IMG/VR virus record: IMGVR_UViG_3300045988_074170
Source: a virus
Reading direction: 5' to 3' (one strand)
DNA: 64,000 nucleotides
Shown: one piece after another, positions 63,775-64,000 of the stretch
Position numbering within the stretch: position 1 is the stretch's first letter
How the letters are laid out: each line of letters starts with the position of its first letter
Notes under the pieces: model-generated
Told to the model about the DNA's origin: nothing
The model's database searches: none
The model's input: only the letters and a program-made list of their open reading frames with translations
Translations under genes and position numbers: made by a program

Positions 63775-64000
63775 TATTGGGTCACCAACATAATCGGTTC
63801 CTCTTTCATTCGCTGCCATAAATTCTTCATGAGGTGTCCGGACTTTCATCGGTCCCACCATCAAGGAATATTTCATTTCCTCGAGAAGACGTAACATATC
63901 CGAGTCGTCGCCTGTAAACACAATTTCGCATTCAGTCAAGCGGTTGGTCGCTGGGTCTTCCTTATACCTTGTATCATGAATGATTAGAGGCTTCAAGAAC
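63760..64000 (-). CDS. Hypothetical protein, 3' part (reading frame open to the window edge)
   Basis: The frame stays open to position 64000. The track TTG start at 63996 is probably not the true start. Confidence 0.4.
   Translation of the reverse strand, partial: FLKPLIIHDTRYKEDPATNRLTECEIVFTGDDSDMLRLLEEMKYSLMVGPMKVRTPHEEFMAANERGTDYVGDPIFVTF

Noticed and set aside
1-64000. Alternative genetic code (TAG or TGA reassignment, as in some crAss-like and Lak phages)
   Set aside because: All recognisable proteins are full-length and uninterrupted in the standard code. The only apparently broken genes are explained by two inteins (in frame) and one intron.
1-64000. tRNA genes, CRISPR arrays, integrase or att sites, transposases
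   Set aside because: No intergenic gap exceeds about 150 nt. I saw no cloverleaf-like sequence, no spaced direct-repeat array, and no recombinase or transposase motifs.

Overview
The window looks like a 64 kb piece of a large, lytic, myovirus-type dsDNA phage. The host is probably a member of the Bacteroidota. Three things support that: TAnnTTTG/TTTG-type promoters, BACON-like domains, and Listeria-Bacteroides-repeat domains. Every credible gene is on the minus strand. I saw no tRNA, rRNA, CRISPR array, integrase or transposase.

Gene order along the direction of transcription (high to low coordinates):
- Head module, 64.0-59.1 kb: prohead protease, scaffold, major capsid protein.
- Neck proteins and three paralogous Ig/BACON-like proteins, 59-53 kb.
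- Contractile tail, 53-41.7 kb: sheath, tube, chaperones, tape measure, baseplate.
- A two-gene lysis-like pair, 41.6-40.7 kb.
- Fibre-like proteins, 40.7-36.9 kb.
- Replication, recombination and nucleotide-metabolism region, 36-0 kb: NinG-like protein, DEDDh exonuclease, large terminase, DnaB-like helicase, primase, dUTPase, a thymidylate-synthase-like cluster, DnaE, SSB-like protein, SbcCD, RecA, RuvC-like resolvase, a RelA/SpoT-like plus alarmone-hydrolase pair, LigA, SNF2/HARP helicase, RNase H and a UvrD-like helicase.

The region carries many selfish elements:
- Two inteins, both inserted in Walker A loops (UvrD-like helicase and large terminase).
- One group I intron carrying an HNH endonuclease ORF, which splits dUTPase.
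- Four free-standing GIY-YIG endonuclease genes.

Most interesting candidates:
1. A predicted thymidine-hypermodification gene set: TS-like hydroxymethylase, candidate aGPT-pyrophosphorylase-like protein, P-loop kinase, YfbR-like dNMPase, dNMP kinase and dUTPase.
2. An overlapping small-alarmone-hydrolase / RelA-SpoT-like synthetase gene pair with its own promoter.
3. Three paralogous proteins in which a BACON-type domain appears split between the C-terminus and the N-terminus.

All functional calls come from motif recognition by eye. No database search was run.
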